Positions 50,004 through 62,843 of a stretch of 64,000 bases of DNA are shown one piece after another. How positions within the stretch are numbered: position 1 is the first letter of the stretch; every line of letters begins with the position of its first letter. Source of the stretch: an uncultured cyanobacterium (GTDB taxonomy: Bacteria; Cyanobacteriota; Cyanobacteriia; Cyanobacteriales; Cyanobacteriaceae). Under the pieces are notes generated by a model. The model did no database searches, had not been told where the DNA came from, and was given only the letters and a program-made list of their open reading frames with translations. The position numbers were made by a program, and so were the translations under genes. The DNA lies in assembly GCA_963749915.1 (NCBI GenBank), contig CAVVOP010000022.1, positions 224,001 to 288,000 on the forward strand, given 5' to 3'.

Positions 50004-52200
50004 TTAGACAAATTGGACAAACATGAAGTTATCAGCGTCCAATTCGGTGAATCCGATAAGAGTAATCTGACCAAAGCCAGAAGTAATAGAGGTGATAATG
50101 CTGCTTCCAAAGATAGTAGTCGTATCAATGTTTAGAGCACCAAAACCTCCCGCCCCTAGACTAAAGGCCGTTAAATCAATCTTATCATTACCGGTTCCAA
50201 AGTCTGTGATGACATCGGTGCCAAACCCACTAGCAAATACGAAATTGTCGCTTCCTGTGCCGCCCTGGAGGTTATCATTGCCGCGGCTTCCGTAGATGGA
50301 GTCGTTGCCATTGCCACCATTGAGGACGTCCCCTACGCTGGATCCGCCGATGTTAGCTGCGGTATAGGCATAAAGGCGATCGTTGCCATTGCCACCGTTG
50401 AGGGTGTCGCTGCCGTAGCCCCCCTGGAGGAGGTCGTTGCCGTTGCCACCATTAACCAGATCATTGTCGTTGCCACCATTAGCGGTGTCATTGCCGCTGC
50501 TTCCGTAGATGGAGTCGTTGCCGCTGTCACCATTGAGGACGTCCCCCACGCTGGATCCGCCGATGTTAGCTGCGGTATAGGCATAAAGGCGATCGTTGCC
50601 ATTGCCACCGTTGAGGGTGTCGCTGTTGAAGCCCCCCTGGAGGAGGTCGTTGCCGTCACCACCATTAACCAGATCATCGCCGGAACCACCATTAGCGGTG
50701 TCATTGCCGCTGCTTCCGTAGATGGAGTCGTTGCCATTGTCACCATTGAGGACGTCCCCCACGCTAGATCCGCCGATGTTAGCTGCGGTATAGGCATAAA
50801 GGCGATCGTTGCCATTGCCACCGTTGAGGGTGTCGCTGTTGTAGCCCCCCTGGAGGAGGTCGTTGCCGTCACCACCATTAACCAGATCATCGCCGGAACC
50901 ACCATTAGCGGTGTCATTGCCGCTGCTTCCGTAGATGGAGTCGTTGCCATTGTCACCATTGAGGACGTCCCCCACGCTAGATCCGCCGATGTTAGCTGCG
51001 GTATAGGCATAAAGGCGATCGTTGCCATTGCCACCGTTGAGGGTGTCGCTGTTGTAGCCCCCCTGGAGGAGGTCGTTGCCATTGCCACCATTAACCAGAT
51101 CATCGCCGGAACCACCATTAGCGGTGTCGTCGCCTGCTTCGTAGATGGAGTCGTTGCCCCTGTCGCCATTGAGAAGGTCGCCCACGCTGGATCCACTGAT
51201 GTTGGCTGGCGGTATACCCATAAAGGCGATCGCTTCCTGTGCCACCATTGAGGGTATCGTTACCATCCCCACCGACGAGGGTATCATTACCAGCACCACC
51301 GTAGAGGTAGTCATTGCCCACATCACCGTAAAGGTAGTCGTTGCCGTCATAACCGAGGAGGGTATCATCTCCAGCCCCCCCATTCAAAGTATCATTTCCC
51401 GTATGGGGACCATTATGGGGATTGATAATTGCTGTAATGGGTACTTTAGCGTTAGCAGTGGCGACATCATCCCAAAGATAGCTCGAACTATGCCAATTAG
51501 GATAGGAATAAAGAGGCAATAAAATATTTAGGTTGCTAGAAGCTGGTAAAGAATCGATATAATCGACCTCTTGTTGCCAGTACGAAGGTATTCCATCCCA
51601 AGGGTTCCCATCTTCTCCATCTTCTGTAACATATACATAGCCAACATTCCGACTAACAGCCGTGTCAATATAGTTCCTCATCACCTCGGGATCGTTAACA
51701 GAATACATTAAGCTGGAGAATCGGTTGGGGTTATGGCCGCTGGGGGGATTTGGGGCCGTCTCCCAACCCTTGTTATTTTCAAAGATAACTAAATTAGCAT
51801 TGGGTAAGTCAGAGACATAAACTGAGTCAGGTTGAGTCCCGTGGTTCAGAACCACTGTGCTTAGTTGATTTGTTTTTGCAACATAGTTGTATAATTCTTT
51901 GTAGTAGTTGAAATCCCTAGCACTGGCAGAAGCTTCATCAAAAAAGATCCCATTAACATTGTAATAGTTGCGGTATAAATCAAGATCGGCTTTAACTTCT
52001 TCAAGATCACGTCTTCCGTAATCAGTCCAGACATAGCCGAGTAGATTAACACCAGAGGATCTCAAGTCCTGAAGTCCTCGGACATAGTCACTATTTGGAG
52101 AACTCCCCCCTTTCAAAATTTCGTTTTTCTCGCTACCATTGAGTAAATCATTGTTAGCAGTGCCGAGAATTTCTATATTAGTGGTCGTCATCATCCGCAT
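50004..52200 (-). pseudogene. Spherulin-4 (GH135) / RTX calcium-binding repeat protein, split by a +1 frameshift near 51208
   Basis: ORF 51118-52200 ([25 protein letters not shown], then GGxGxD repeats) continues in the frame of ORF 50004-51383 (RTX repeats; FVF..GFGTDVITDF..GNDKIDL C-terminal secretion-type region). Confidence 0.8.
50280..51240 (-). repeat. 213-bp (71-aa) tandem repeat, about 4.5 copies, GC-rich
   Basis: GCGATCG anchor at 50376, 50589, 50802, 51015 and 51226. Confidence 0.92.
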
Positions 52201-52250
52201 TATCTCCCTCTGTTTTCATTTACCGAATTTTATCGAGAAAATCCAACAAC

Positions 52251-53657
52251 CTACTTAAAAGGTCCTAAGATATTTTTCTCGACTATACTTTGAGTGGCAG
52301 AATTATCCCCAAAAGTACGTTTAATGTCTAGTTTTACTTGAACTGCTTTACCTGTTTCTAAATAGCGAGGATCTATGGGTAATTGTCCTAGGTCAATGAG
52401 AAAGCGATTATTACTATAACGAATCACTTCGGGGGGAATTTCACCTTCATAACGTAATGTATAATCACTTACTGGACGTAAACGGGCTTCTGAAGAGTTA
52501 GAGACACTATATTTGATATAGAAAGTCGTCTTAATTAAATCAGATTTTTCCCCTTCATCAATTAATTCTACTTGCAATCCTAAACCCACTCCTGATAAAC
52601 CCTTACTTTTTAGTCTTGTAGCATCCTGGGATCTGATGGCATTGAATACGAATAATTCTGTAACGTTATTTCTCTGTAAAATATTGGTTTCTAGCCATAA
52701 ATCAGGGGAAAATTTCATTGCGACACTACGATCGTCTTGTAAGTTTAGGGTAATGGTATCATTGCTGAAAGGTTCAAATACTTGAGGGGCATTCCAGATT
52801 AAAACCACAGAATTTTCTACTCTTTCCAACAATTCTAAGTACTGATCATCGATAATGGAATTTTGTGCAAATAATGCCTTTGCTCCCGTGCGGGTTTCCC
52901 ATATATTTTTAGATAAACTAAAACCCCTATTTTTTAACTCTGCCATGGTGACGGAAGCAGAAAGGCGATCGGGTGCTAACGGTTGATTAGTATTGATCAG
53001 AGTAAGAGAACCTAGTTTTCCTTCTCTTCCAACCCTTCCGGATCTACCATTTTTGCCATTTTCTCCGTTTAAACATCTAAATTCCTTACTGCTACAACTA
53101 TAGTCAGGCTCTCCTGGCCTACCTGTACAAGATTCTACTACCCAATAGGGTTGAGGACATTGGCAACCCCCACCACCATTACCACCTTCACCAGGTTTAC
53201 CACCCATGGCACCGTTAGCCTGAACATAGATTTGTGTTAAATAGTTTTTGTCCGTTGCATAGATAGTCAAAGATCCTCCATTGCCACCATCGCCACCATT
53301 ACCACCGGTGCCGCCGTCACCGCCATCACCCCCCACAAGATTGTAATTAACATTAACAGGTTGATTATCACAGAGGGCATTTTCACCGTTACCACCATTT
53401 TCCCCTGGAAATCCCTCCTGTCCAGATAAATCTAAATTTAGAGGCGAACCATCGGCAAAAATAGTCAAAGCCTCACTATCTCGACCCCTAACTCCATCTT
53501 TCCCGTCAACACCGTCCTTACCGTTTTTCCCAAAGCCGAGGATTTGATTAGCAGAGGCTTTTAAAAAACATATTGCCGATTTAGGGGTTAAAGTAGGCAA
53601 CATATCCGGAATAAAGAAAAATAGTGCTGTAAGAGAAACCCTTGCAAACCAACCCAT
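52251..53657 (-). CDS. collagen-like (Gly-X-Y repeat) exported protein
   Basis: GKNGKDGVDGKDGVRG, GGDGGDGGTGG and GENGKNGRSG tracts with Cys-rich linkers. Confidence 0.75.
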   Translation of the reverse strand: MGWFARVSLTALFFFIPDMLPTLTPKSAICFLKASANQILGFGKNGKDGVDGKDGVRGRDSEALTIFADGSPLNLDLSGQEGFPGENGGNGENALCDNQPVNVNYNLVGGDGGDGGTGGNGGDGGNGGSLTIYATDKNYLTQIYVQANGAMGGKPGEGGNGGGGCQCPQPYWVVESCTGRPGEPDYSCSSKEFRCLNGENGKNGRSGRVGREGKLGSLTLINTNQPLAPDRLSASVTMAELKNRGFSLSKNIWETRTGAKALFAQNSIIDDQYLELLERVENSVVLIWNAPQVFEPFSNDTITLNLQDDRSVAMKFSPDLWLETNILQRNNVTELFVFNAIRSQDATRLKSKGLSGVGLGLQVELIDEGEKSDLIKTTFYIKYSVSNSSEARLRPVSDYTLRYEGEIPPEVIRYSNNRFLIDLGQLPIDPRYLETGKAVQVKLDIKRTFGDNSATQSIVEKNILGPFK

Positions 53658-53793
53658 GATAGTTAAAGATAGAAGACGACATTTTATGACTTTACCATAC
53701 TGCGCTTTTTCTTTACTCATAACATAATCTTGGTTCGGGATTAGTTAGGGGCAGGATTACCCTACCCTTCAGGATTTTTATGGGAAACAGAGG

Positions 53794-54195
53794 TTAAATA
53801 GCGGCTTGTAATCTAGCTTTAGCCTTTTTCATATTTTGAGTCGCTTTTATTTGTAAACGACGATCTCCTGAATTCGTAGCTTGTTCGAGGGATTGTTGAG
53901 CTTCATCTAAAGCCTTTTGAGCATCTTCTTTATTAATGGAGTCCCCTAATTCAGCACCATTAACCAAAATTTTGACCTCATTCTGTTCTACTTCCGCAAA
54001 ACCGCCCATAATAGCGATGGATTTCCATTCTTTCTCAGGACGTACACGAATAACACCAATATCGAGACTAGTTAATAAAGGAGCATGATCCGTTAAAATA
54101 CCCAATTGTCCGCTACTACTGGGTAAAATTACCTCTTGAGCAGTTTGATCCCAGACAATCTTATCAGGAGTAATTACTCTTACAGTTAAAGTCAT
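53794..54195 (-). CDS. atpC: ATP synthase F1 epsilon subunit
   Basis: [28 protein letters not shown]. Confidence 0.97.
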   Translation of the reverse strand: MTLTVRVITPDKIVWDQTAQEVILPSSSGQLGILTDHAPLLTSLDIGVIRVRPEKEWKSIAIMGGFAEVEQNEVKILVNGAELGDSINKEDAQKALDEAQQSLEQATNSGDRRLQIKATQNMKKAKARLQAAI

Positions 54196-54246
54196 AATTA
54201 AAACTTAAATTTAATACTGAAAATTTTATGTCACTTAAGAAAGCTA

Positions 54247-54298
54247 AGTTTGTAGTAAATTCTTTAGAGTTAAACGACTAAAGTCCTCACCACAAACT
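54247..54298. repeat. REP-like palindromic element
   Basis: AGTTTGTAG...CTTTAG..CTAAAG...CACAAACT. Confidence 0.55.
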
Positions 54299-54325
54299 AT
54301 TGTCAATTGTTAATTATCAATTAAT

Positions 54326-55780
<1,455 letters not shown>

Positions 55781-55929
55781 TTACTGTTAATTTACTTTCG
55801 TAAATGTTAATTTATAATAAGATTTGCCACTTTCAAGATTATCATGGACTGGATCAATTGTGATCCCAAATTAATCTACTTGTCGGAGTAAAGAGAAGAT
55901 AAGTGTATTTTTAATAAAAGAATAAATAA

Positions 55930-56001
<72 letters not shown>

Positions 56002-56059
56002 ATTTTTGACACTGTACAATATTAACGTAAAACAGTATTTTTTGGCAAGAAAAAAAATT

Positions 56060-56524
56060 ATGGGTTTAGAAATTGAGCGCAAATTTTTAGTTAACAAAAA
56101 CCTCTGGATACCCTTGAATGAGGGTGTATTGTATCGGCAGGGTTACATTTATACTTATAACGGTAATACGGTAAGGGTTCGAGTTGCAGAAAATCAGGGT
56201 TATTTGACTCTCAAAGGCAGGACTAAAGGTAGTGCACGCTCGGAATTTGAATATGTTATACCCTTGGAAGAAGCAAGGGAAATGTTAGATTTACTGTGCG
56301 ATCGCCCGTTAATTGAAAAAATTAGATATAAAGAGAAAATAGGAGAATTAACCTGGGAAATTGATGAATTTTTAGGGGAGAATAAGGGATTGATTTTAGC
56401 AGAAGTAGAGTTAGAAAGTGAAGACCAAAAGGTTACTTTACCTAGATGGATAGGGCAAGAAGTCACCCAACATGCCCGTTATTATAATTCTAATTTGGCA
56501 AAAAACCCTTACAGTCAATGGTAA
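56060..56524 (+). CDS. CYTH domain protein
   Basis: EIERKFLV, EFEY, EIDEF, AEVEL; ATG at 56060. Confidence 0.92.
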   Translation: MGLEIERKFLVNKNLWIPLNEGVLYRQGYIYTYNGNTVRVRVAENQGYLTLKGRTKGSARSEFEYVIPLEEAREMLDLLCDRPLIEKIRYKEKIGELTWEIDEFLGENKGLILAEVELESEDQKVTLPRWIGQEVTQHARYYNSNLAKNPYSQW

Positions 56525-56607
56525 TTTTTTCATCAATAAACAACAACAAGTCTTCATAACTATTTTGAAGTTATAATAGCAGCGATTAAATTGGGAGTAA
56601 ATAATTA

Positions 56608-57138
56608 ATGTCCGCAGAAACCATCGATATTGGTATTATTATGGGTAGCGATTCTGACTTACCTACAATGAAAGAAGCGATCGCCATTTGTGAAAAATTT
56701 GCCGTTACTTATGAAGTTAAAATCGTCTCCGCACATAGAACCCCTTTAAGGATGGTAGAATATGCCCAGAATGCTCATAAAAGGGGCTTAAAAGTGATTA
56801 TCGCCGGGGCAGGAGGGGCAGCACATTTACCCGGTATGGTTGCCTCTTTAACACCTTTACCTGTTGTCGGTGTACCAGTGCAAACTAAACAGTTGCAGGG
56901 CGTTGATTCTTTATATTCCATCGTGCAAATGCCCAGAGGTATTCCCGTAGCCACCGTAGCCATTGGTAATGCGGAAAATGCCGGTTTATTAGCAATCAGA
57001 ATTTTAGCTAGTCAACAACCAGAATTGTTAAAAAAAGTTGAGAATTACAGTCAAAATCTCGAAAATATGGTGAGGAATAAACAAGCAGAATTGGACAAGT
57101 TAGGTTATCAGGAATATTTCAAACAAAAGTTATTATAG
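56608..57138 (+). CDS. purE: N5-CAIR mutase
   Basis: [22 protein letters not shown]. Confidence 0.97.
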   Translation: MSAETIDIGIIMGSDSDLPTMKEAIAICEKFAVTYEVKIVSAHRTPLRMVEYAQNAHKRGLKVIIAGAGGAAHLPGMVASLTPLPVVGVPVQTKQLQGVDSLYSIVQMPRGIPVATVAIGNAENAGLLAIRILASQQPELLKKVENYSQNLENMVRNKQAELDKLGYQEYFKQKLL

Positions 57139-57181
57139 AGCAAAGTTTGGCATACTAGAAGAAGACCTTAATTGATGAGTT

Positions 57182-58495
57182 ATGATAAATAGTCCAAATT
57201 CTGCCATTATGCAGTCCATCGAACAATTAAACTATCGAGTTACGGTGGGAGATGTTGCCAGCAAATCGGGATTAGATGTGAAGATTGTACAGCAAGAATT
57301 ATTAAATCTTGCATCGGAGACTAACGGTAATTTACAGGTAGCAGAAACAGGAGATATTGCTTACTTATTTTCTCCCAATTTTCGTACTATTTTAAGGAAT
57401 AAGTATTGGCAATTACGTTGGCAAAAATGGTTACAAAAAGCATGGGAAGTTATCTTTTATTTAATTAGGATCTCCTTTGGAATTTTACTCGTTTCTTCTA
57501 TTATCTTAATGCTTATAGCTATTGTGATCATTGTGATAGCTATTAATAGCAAAGGTGATGACAACAATAATAGTAACTCTGGGAGACGAGGGGGAGGAGG
57601 CTTTTTCTTCCTGCCACGCTTTTGGTTTTCCCCTGATTTTTTCTGGATATTTACCCCTAATTATCAACAAAGACGTTATCAAAGACAAATCAGTAATTCT
57701 GCGGAAAATCAGCTTAATTTTTTAGAATCGATTTATTCCTTCCTGTTTGGTGACGGTAATCCCAATCCTAATTTAGAAGACAAACGTTGGCGGGGAATAG
57801 CTACAATAATTCAAAATAATAATGGTGCGATTATAGCGGAACAATTAGCACCTTATTTGGATAATATTAACATTTATAATGAAAGAGACGAGGGTTATAT
57901 TTTACCTGTTTTAATTCGTTTTAACGGTTATCCTCAAGTATCAGAAAAAGGAGAGATTATTTATTATTTCCCTGAATTGCAGGTAAAAGCGGAAACAAGA
58001 GGAAAAGTAGCCGTTTCCCCTTATCTTCAAGAGAATATCTGGCAATTTAGTCTGGCTACTAGCAATCAAAAAATATTAGCCATCGCTTTGGGGGCAGTTA
58101 ATATAGTATTAGCCTTAGTACTAGGTTCATTATTGACCCCAGAAATAGCTCAAGAAATGGGGAGTTTCATTTTATTTGTTGATTTTCTTTACCCATTATT
58201 ATTAACTTATGCCGTCAGTTATTTAAGCATTCCTTTAATTCGTTATTTTTGGCTACAAAATCGCAATAATAAAGTAAATGAAAGAAACTATCGACGGGAA
58301 GAAAAAGCAAAATTACTCAAATCTAGTGAAGAATTGCAATTAAAAATTAACTATGCTCAACAATTTGCAAATCAAACAGTTATTAGTCAAGAAAACCTTG
58401 CTTATTCTACTGAAAAAGATTTATTAGATCAACAGTTAGAACAAAAAGATAAAATAGACCAAGAATGGGAAAAAAAACTTAGAGGGGGTAAATAG
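57182..58495 (+). CDS. conserved membrane protein of cyanobacteria/plastids
   Basis: RVTVGDVA, SFLFGDGNPN, IYYFPELQ; TM segments. Confidence 0.8.
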   Translation: MINSPNSAIMQSIEQLNYRVTVGDVASKSGLDVKIVQQELLNLASETNGNLQVAETGDIAYLFSPNFRTILRNKYWQLRWQKWLQKAWEVIFYLIRISFGILLVSSIILMLIAIVIIVIAINSKGDDNNNSNSGRRGGGGFFFLPRFWFSPDFFWIFTPNYQQRRYQRQISNSAENQLNFLESIYSFLFGDGNPNPNLEDKRWRGIATIIQNNNGAIIAEQLAPYLDNINIYNERDEGYILPVLIRFNGYPQVSEKGEIIYYFPELQVKAETRGKVAVSPYLQENIWQFSLATSNQKILAIALGAVNIVLALVLGSLLTPEIAQEMGSFILFVDFLYPLLLTYAVSYLSIPLIRYFWLQNRNNKVNERNYRREEKAKLLKSSEELQLKINYAQQFANQTVISQENLAYSTEKDLLDQQLEQKDKIDQEWEKKLRGGK

Positions 58496-58508
58496 TAAAC
58501 CGAAATAA

Positions 58509-58628
58509 ACAGATAATGAATTTTTGGTTGATGTTGAAAATAGCAACTCTGAATCTGTTTGTCCTCCCTGTGAAAATATTAGCTCCAATATTCATCAAGA
58601 TCATCGGTATGGATTAGACACCTTCTAG
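58509..58628 (+). pseudogene. ISL3-family transposase N-terminal fragment
   Basis: frame reads DNEFLVDVENSNSESVCPPCENISSNIHQDHRY, resembling the ISL3 zinc-finger CPxC...IHQ.H; no start codon. Confidence 0.5.
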
Positions 58629-58759
58629 GATATAAAAACAACAATAATTTGCGAATATTACTTACCAAACTTAGATATAATGAGCACTGACAGAATTGAG
58701 AATATAGCTTAATCTATTCTTAAGGATATACTGAACACTCCTACTAAATATATATTGTA

Positions 58760-60097
58760 ATGACTACTCGTGTAATTATAGTGCGTCATGGTCAAAGTAG
58801 TTACAATGCACAAAGAATGATACAAGGGCGTTGTAATGACTCGATAATCACTGAAAAAGGCGAAACACAAGCTAATTTGCTCGGAAAAGCTTTAAGTAAC
58901 CTGAAATTTTCCGGTTTTTATTGTAGTCCGTTACAAAGAGCGCATAAGACTGCCCAAATTATTCAAGAATTAAATCAACATCATCATAATTTAACCGTGG
59001 CGGAAAAATTACGAGAAATTAATCTACCTTTGTGGGAAAAATGGAAGAAGGAAGATGTAAAACAAGAATATCCCCAAGAATATCGTCTTTGGAAAGAAAA
59101 ACCCAATGAGTTAAAGATGAAGGTTGACGGGGAAGATTTTTACCCCGTCTTGGATTTATACCGTCAAGCACAGGAATTTTGGCAAGACATTATCCCCCAA
59201 CATGATAACGAAACTATTTTAATCACAGCTCATAATGGCATCAATCGCTGTTTAATTCTCACGGCGTTGGGGATGGAAGCCCGTCACTATCATAGTATTC
59301 AACAATCTAACTGCTGTATTAATGTGCTTAATTTTTCGGGAAATTATGGGCAACCTGTACAATTGGAATCCCTTAACCAAACCTCTCATTTAGGAATGCC
59401 TTTACCCGATTACCGCCCAGAACAAAAACAAGGGTTAAGATTGTTATTAGTGCGTCATGGTGAAACGGAGTGGAATCGGATGTCACGGTTTCAGGGGGTG
59501 AAAGATATTCCTCTCAATGAGAATGGCAGACAACAGGCACAAAAAGCCGCCGATTTTCTTAAACATATTACCATGGATTTTGCGGTGACAAGTCCATTAT
59601 TACGCCCGAAAGAAACCGCTGAAATAATTTTACAAAATCATCCGAATATTTCCTTAACTACCAAAAAAGATTTAGAAGAAATTTCTCACGGTTTATGGGA
59701 AGGTAAATTAGAAAAAGAAATTGAGGCTGAATATCCAGGATTGTTAACACAATGGAAAGAAAAGCCAGAAACTGTGCAGATGCCTGAAGGGGAAAATTTG
59801 GCTCAAGTTTGGCAGAGGGCGATCGATTCTTGGCAAGAAATTATCAAAGAAAACTTTGAAGAAGGCAAAATGAAGACTGGTATTGTCACCGCCCATGACG
59901 CTATTAACAAGGTAATTATCTGTTATCTATTAGGCTTAAAATCTGCTAATTTTTGGAATATAAAACAAGGAAATGGGGCCATAACTGTTATTGATTATCC
60001 TCAAGGTTTGGATGGAGTGCCCATTTTACAAGCTATTAATATTACCAGTCATTTAAGTGATGACGTTTTCGATCAAACTGCCGCAGGTGCACTGTAA
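58760..60097 (+). CDS. tandem-domain histidine phosphatase
   Basis: two RHG motifs (VRHGQS, VRHGET). Confidence 0.92.
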   Translation: MTTRVIIVRHGQSSYNAQRMIQGRCNDSIITEKGETQANLLGKALSNLKFSGFYCSPLQRAHKTAQIIQELNQHHHNLTVAEKLREINLPLWEKWKKEDVKQEYPQEYRLWKEKPNELKMKVDGEDFYPVLDLYRQAQEFWQDIIPQHDNETILITAHNGINRCLILTALGMEARHYHSIQQSNCCINVLNFSGNYGQPVQLESLNQTSHLGMPLPDYRPEQKQGLRLLLVRHGETEWNRMSRFQGVKDIPLNENGRQQAQKAADFLKHITMDFAVTSPLLRPKETAEIILQNHPNISLTTKKDLEEISHGLWEGKLEKEIEAEYPGLLTQWKEKPETVQMPEGENLAQVWQRAIDSWQEIIKENFEEGKMKTGIVTAHDAINKVIICYLLGLKSANFWNIKQGNGAITVIDYPQGLDGVPILQAINITSHLSDDVFDQTAAGAL

Positions 60098-60159
60098 TAA
60101 TTAATAATTAATAATTAACAATTAACAATAACTATACAAAAACACTTTTTTAGCAAAGC

Positions 60160-60852
60160 CTAAATAAATTTTTCCATCATTTGTGCCGCCGACTGATTAA
60201 TTTCTTTTGCTAAATTAAATAATTCTCTACCTGTATGTAGGTAATAATCATCATAAGTTATGGTGAATCTCTCTAACTCCTCAATACCATCACTAATGTG
60301 ATTTAATCCATAATAAAGATTAGCGGCAATTCCGGCGTATAAACTAGGATTTGGTTGGGATGTTAAAATTCTTCTAGCTTTTGTCAAATCTTGATAACAA
60401 TTACTTAAATATTGAGTAAAAATTAACATTAAATGATCATCGAATACATCGGCAGACAATTCTTCAACTTCTCTTTCTAAAGGTATAATAATCTCAGAAA
60501 TTAGATGATTAATGGGAAAATAAACTTCTTTTAACCACTGAAATTGAGAAAAATCTCGTTGTTTTTGTTGTTGTTTCTTTTGCTGATAATATGCAGAAGC
60601 ACTATGACTTCTATCCTGCCTATAATTAAGGGTATTAGCAAATTGTTGAGTTAATTTTTGATCGTAAATATGACGATTTTGTTCATCACTAAGTACCTCA
60701 TAAGCAGCATTTAGTTTGATAATTAGATCATGATGAGCATTTTTATGGTTACTATCAGGATGAAATTCTTTCACTAAACGTCGATAGGCCTGTTTTATTT
60801 CCGTTGCCGAGGCACTAATTTCTACTTGTAAAATTTCGTAATAATTCATCAC
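60160..60852 (-). CDS. DnaJ-domain protein
   Basis: YYEILQV, HPD, AYEVLSD. Confidence 0.92.
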   Translation of the reverse strand: MMNYYEILQVEISASATEIKQAYRRLVKEFHPDSNHKNAHHDLIIKLNAAYEVLSDEQNRHIYDQKLTQQFANTLNYRQDRSHSASAYYQQKKQQQKQRDFSQFQWLKEVYFPINHLISEIIIPLEREVEELSADVFDDHLMLIFTQYLSNCYQDLTKARRILTSQPNPSLYAGIAANLYYGLNHISDGIEELERFTITYDDYYLHTGRELFNLAKEINQSAAQMMEKFI

Positions 60853-61791
60853 TTAACTAAAATCTTTAAATAAGGGAGTACTTAAGTAGCGTTCCCCAAA
60901 ACTGGGTTGAATCATTACGATCAGTTTACCCTTATTTTCTGATCTTTGACCTAATTTTATCGCCCCAGCCAAAGCCGCCCCGGTAGAAATCCCCGATAAA
61001 ATCCCCTCTTCCCGTGCTAATCTTCTACCATAAGTGATGGCTTCATCATCAGTAACGGTGATAATTTCGTCGATTAAATCTAACCGTAAGACTTCAGGGA
61101 TAAAACCTGCCCCAATGCCTTGTATTTTATGAGGTCCCGGTTTTCCACCTGACAATACCGGACTGCTTTCTGGTTCAATGGCGATCGCCTTAAAACTAGC
61201 TTTTTTGGGTTTAATAACTTCGGTGATACCTGTAATTGTACCACCAGTGCCGACACCTGCCACCAGAAAATCAATTTTACCATCGGTATCTTTCCAAATT
61301 TCTTCCCCTGTGGTATCGTGGTGTATTTGGGGATTCGCAGGGTTTTGGAATTGTTGCAGCATATAAGCAGAAGGGATAGTATCAAGAATTTCTTGGGCAC
61401 GTTGAATACAACCTCTCATGCCTTCACTACCGGGAGTTAACTCTAATTTTGCCCCATAAGCACGTAACATTGCCCGTCTTTCTTCGCTCATGGTTTCGGG
61501 CATAGTTAAGATTAACTGATAACCCTTAGCCGCCGCCGCCATGGCCAAAGCAATACCTGTGTTACCAGAAGTAGACTCAACTAAAATTGTTTCTCCTGGT
61601 TTAATTAAACCTGCCTTTTCCGCCGCATTAATCATATTAACCCCAATACGATCTTTCACAGAGGCGGAAGGATTCATTCCCTCCAATTTAACGATAATTT
61701 CGGCAACACACCCCTCCTCTTGAGGAATACGATTAAGTTTAATTAAAGGAGTTTTTCCCACTAATTCAGTAATATTATTAGCAATTTTCAT
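60853..61791 (-). CDS. cysK: cysteine synthase A
   Basis: [30 protein letters not shown]. Confidence 0.96.
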   Translation of the reverse strand: MKIANNITELVGKTPLIKLNRIPQEEGCVAEIIVKLEGMNPSASVKDRIGVNMINAAEKAGLIKPGETILVESTSGNTGIALAMAAAAKGYQLILTMPETMSEERRAMLRAYGAKLELTPGSEGMRGCIQRAQEILDTIPSAYMLQQFQNPANPQIHHDTTGEEIWKDTDGKIDFLVAGVGTGGTITGITEVIKPKKASFKAIAIEPESSPVLSGGKPGPHKIQGIGAGFIPEVLRLDLIDEIITVTDDEAITYGRRLAREEGILSGISTGAALAGAIKLGQRSENKGKLIVMIQPSFGERYLSTPLFKDFS

Positions 61792-61849
61792 TATGTACCT
61801 CAAATTGAATTTTAACAATATTGAAATTGATTATTTTAATATTTATTAT

Positions 61850-62704
61850 TTAGTTTTTTAGAAAATTTTTGATAGTGGTTAAATAGGTTTGAGCATCTTC
61901 TAACATGGGAAAATGTCCTGTTTTCGGAATTTCTGCATAATAAATATGATCGGCATTTAAAGCAGCCGCAGCTTTACCCATGGAGGCAGGAATTATTTGA
62001 TCTTTTTCTCCTGATATAAGCAAAGTTGGGACTTTTATTTTGGCAAATTCTTGAGGCATAATTTCTACTGCTTTTTTGCTTACGGATGAGTAAATAGTAT
62101 TTAAAGCAGCGTTATAATCTGCCGATAAAAAGTCTTCCAAAAAAGCGATACTCATATCTTTCGGAATGGGTTGATGTAAAAACCTAGCCATAAACATTTG
62201 ATCGGCAAATGGCACTTTTAAAAACCAATTATAACGGAATTTTACCACATAACCACCTACTTGATGAAAAGCCGAAAAAGCAAGGGAATTATAAGTAAAA
62301 ATTCCATTGCAAGTTAAAATAGCTTTATGGATTCTTTCAGGTGCCAAATTAATCAAAATTGCCCCAACCGATGCTCCCATTGAGTGAGAATTAAAGTAAA
62401 TTTTATCGAGGTTAAATATGTCTAATAAAATTAATAAATCTTGGGCATAATCTTCCAATTCATAGCCAATATTTGTCCCTTTTTCCTCCGTTGATTGGCC
62501 AAAACCGCGCATGTCATAGAGTAAACAGTCATATTCATGGGCGATCGCCTGAGCTGTAGTACGCCAGTATCGACAAGAACCACCCCAACCGTGAATAAAA
62601 ACCATGATAGGCTTCGGCTGATTATTTTCGGAGGGTTGCCGAATCCACTCGTAATAGTGATTTACCCCTCTAATATTAATTTTTCCTTGTTGGTCGATAA
62701 TCAT
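61850..62704 (-). CDS. alpha/beta-fold hydrolase
   Basis: HGWGGS, HSMG, GEKD, GHFPMLE. Confidence 0.9.
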   Translation of the reverse strand: MIIDQQGKINIRGVNHYYEWIRQPSENNQPKPIMVFIHGWGGSCRYWRTTAQAIAHEYDCLLYDMRGFGQSTEEKGTNIGYELEDYAQDLLILLDIFNLDKIYFNSHSMGASVGAILINLAPERIHKAILTCNGIFTYNSLAFSAFHQVGGYVVKFRYNWFLKVPFADQMFMARFLHQPIPKDMSIAFLEDFLSADYNAALNTIYSSVSKKAVEIMPQEFAKIKVPTLLISGEKDQIIPASMGKAAAALNADHIYYAEIPKTGHFPMLEDAQTYLTTIKNFLKN

Positions 62705-62843
62705 ATTTCAATAGTTTACAGTTGACCGTTGTCAATGGGTACTTTTCTTTTTAAAATTATAGGTTAAGGCAAGAAACCATAGTATTTTCTTTATAGCTTA
62801 ACTGATAATTGATAATTGGAAGCAGTCTTTTAGGTTGATATCT

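Noticed and set aside
50333..51196. 287-aa Thr/Ala/Met-rich ORF and the plus-strand ORF 51145-51522
   Set aside because: Alternate-frame shadows of the GC-rich RTX repeats.
50280..51240. CRISPR array
   Set aside because: Units are 213-bp contiguous coding repeats without unique spacers, and there are no cas genes.
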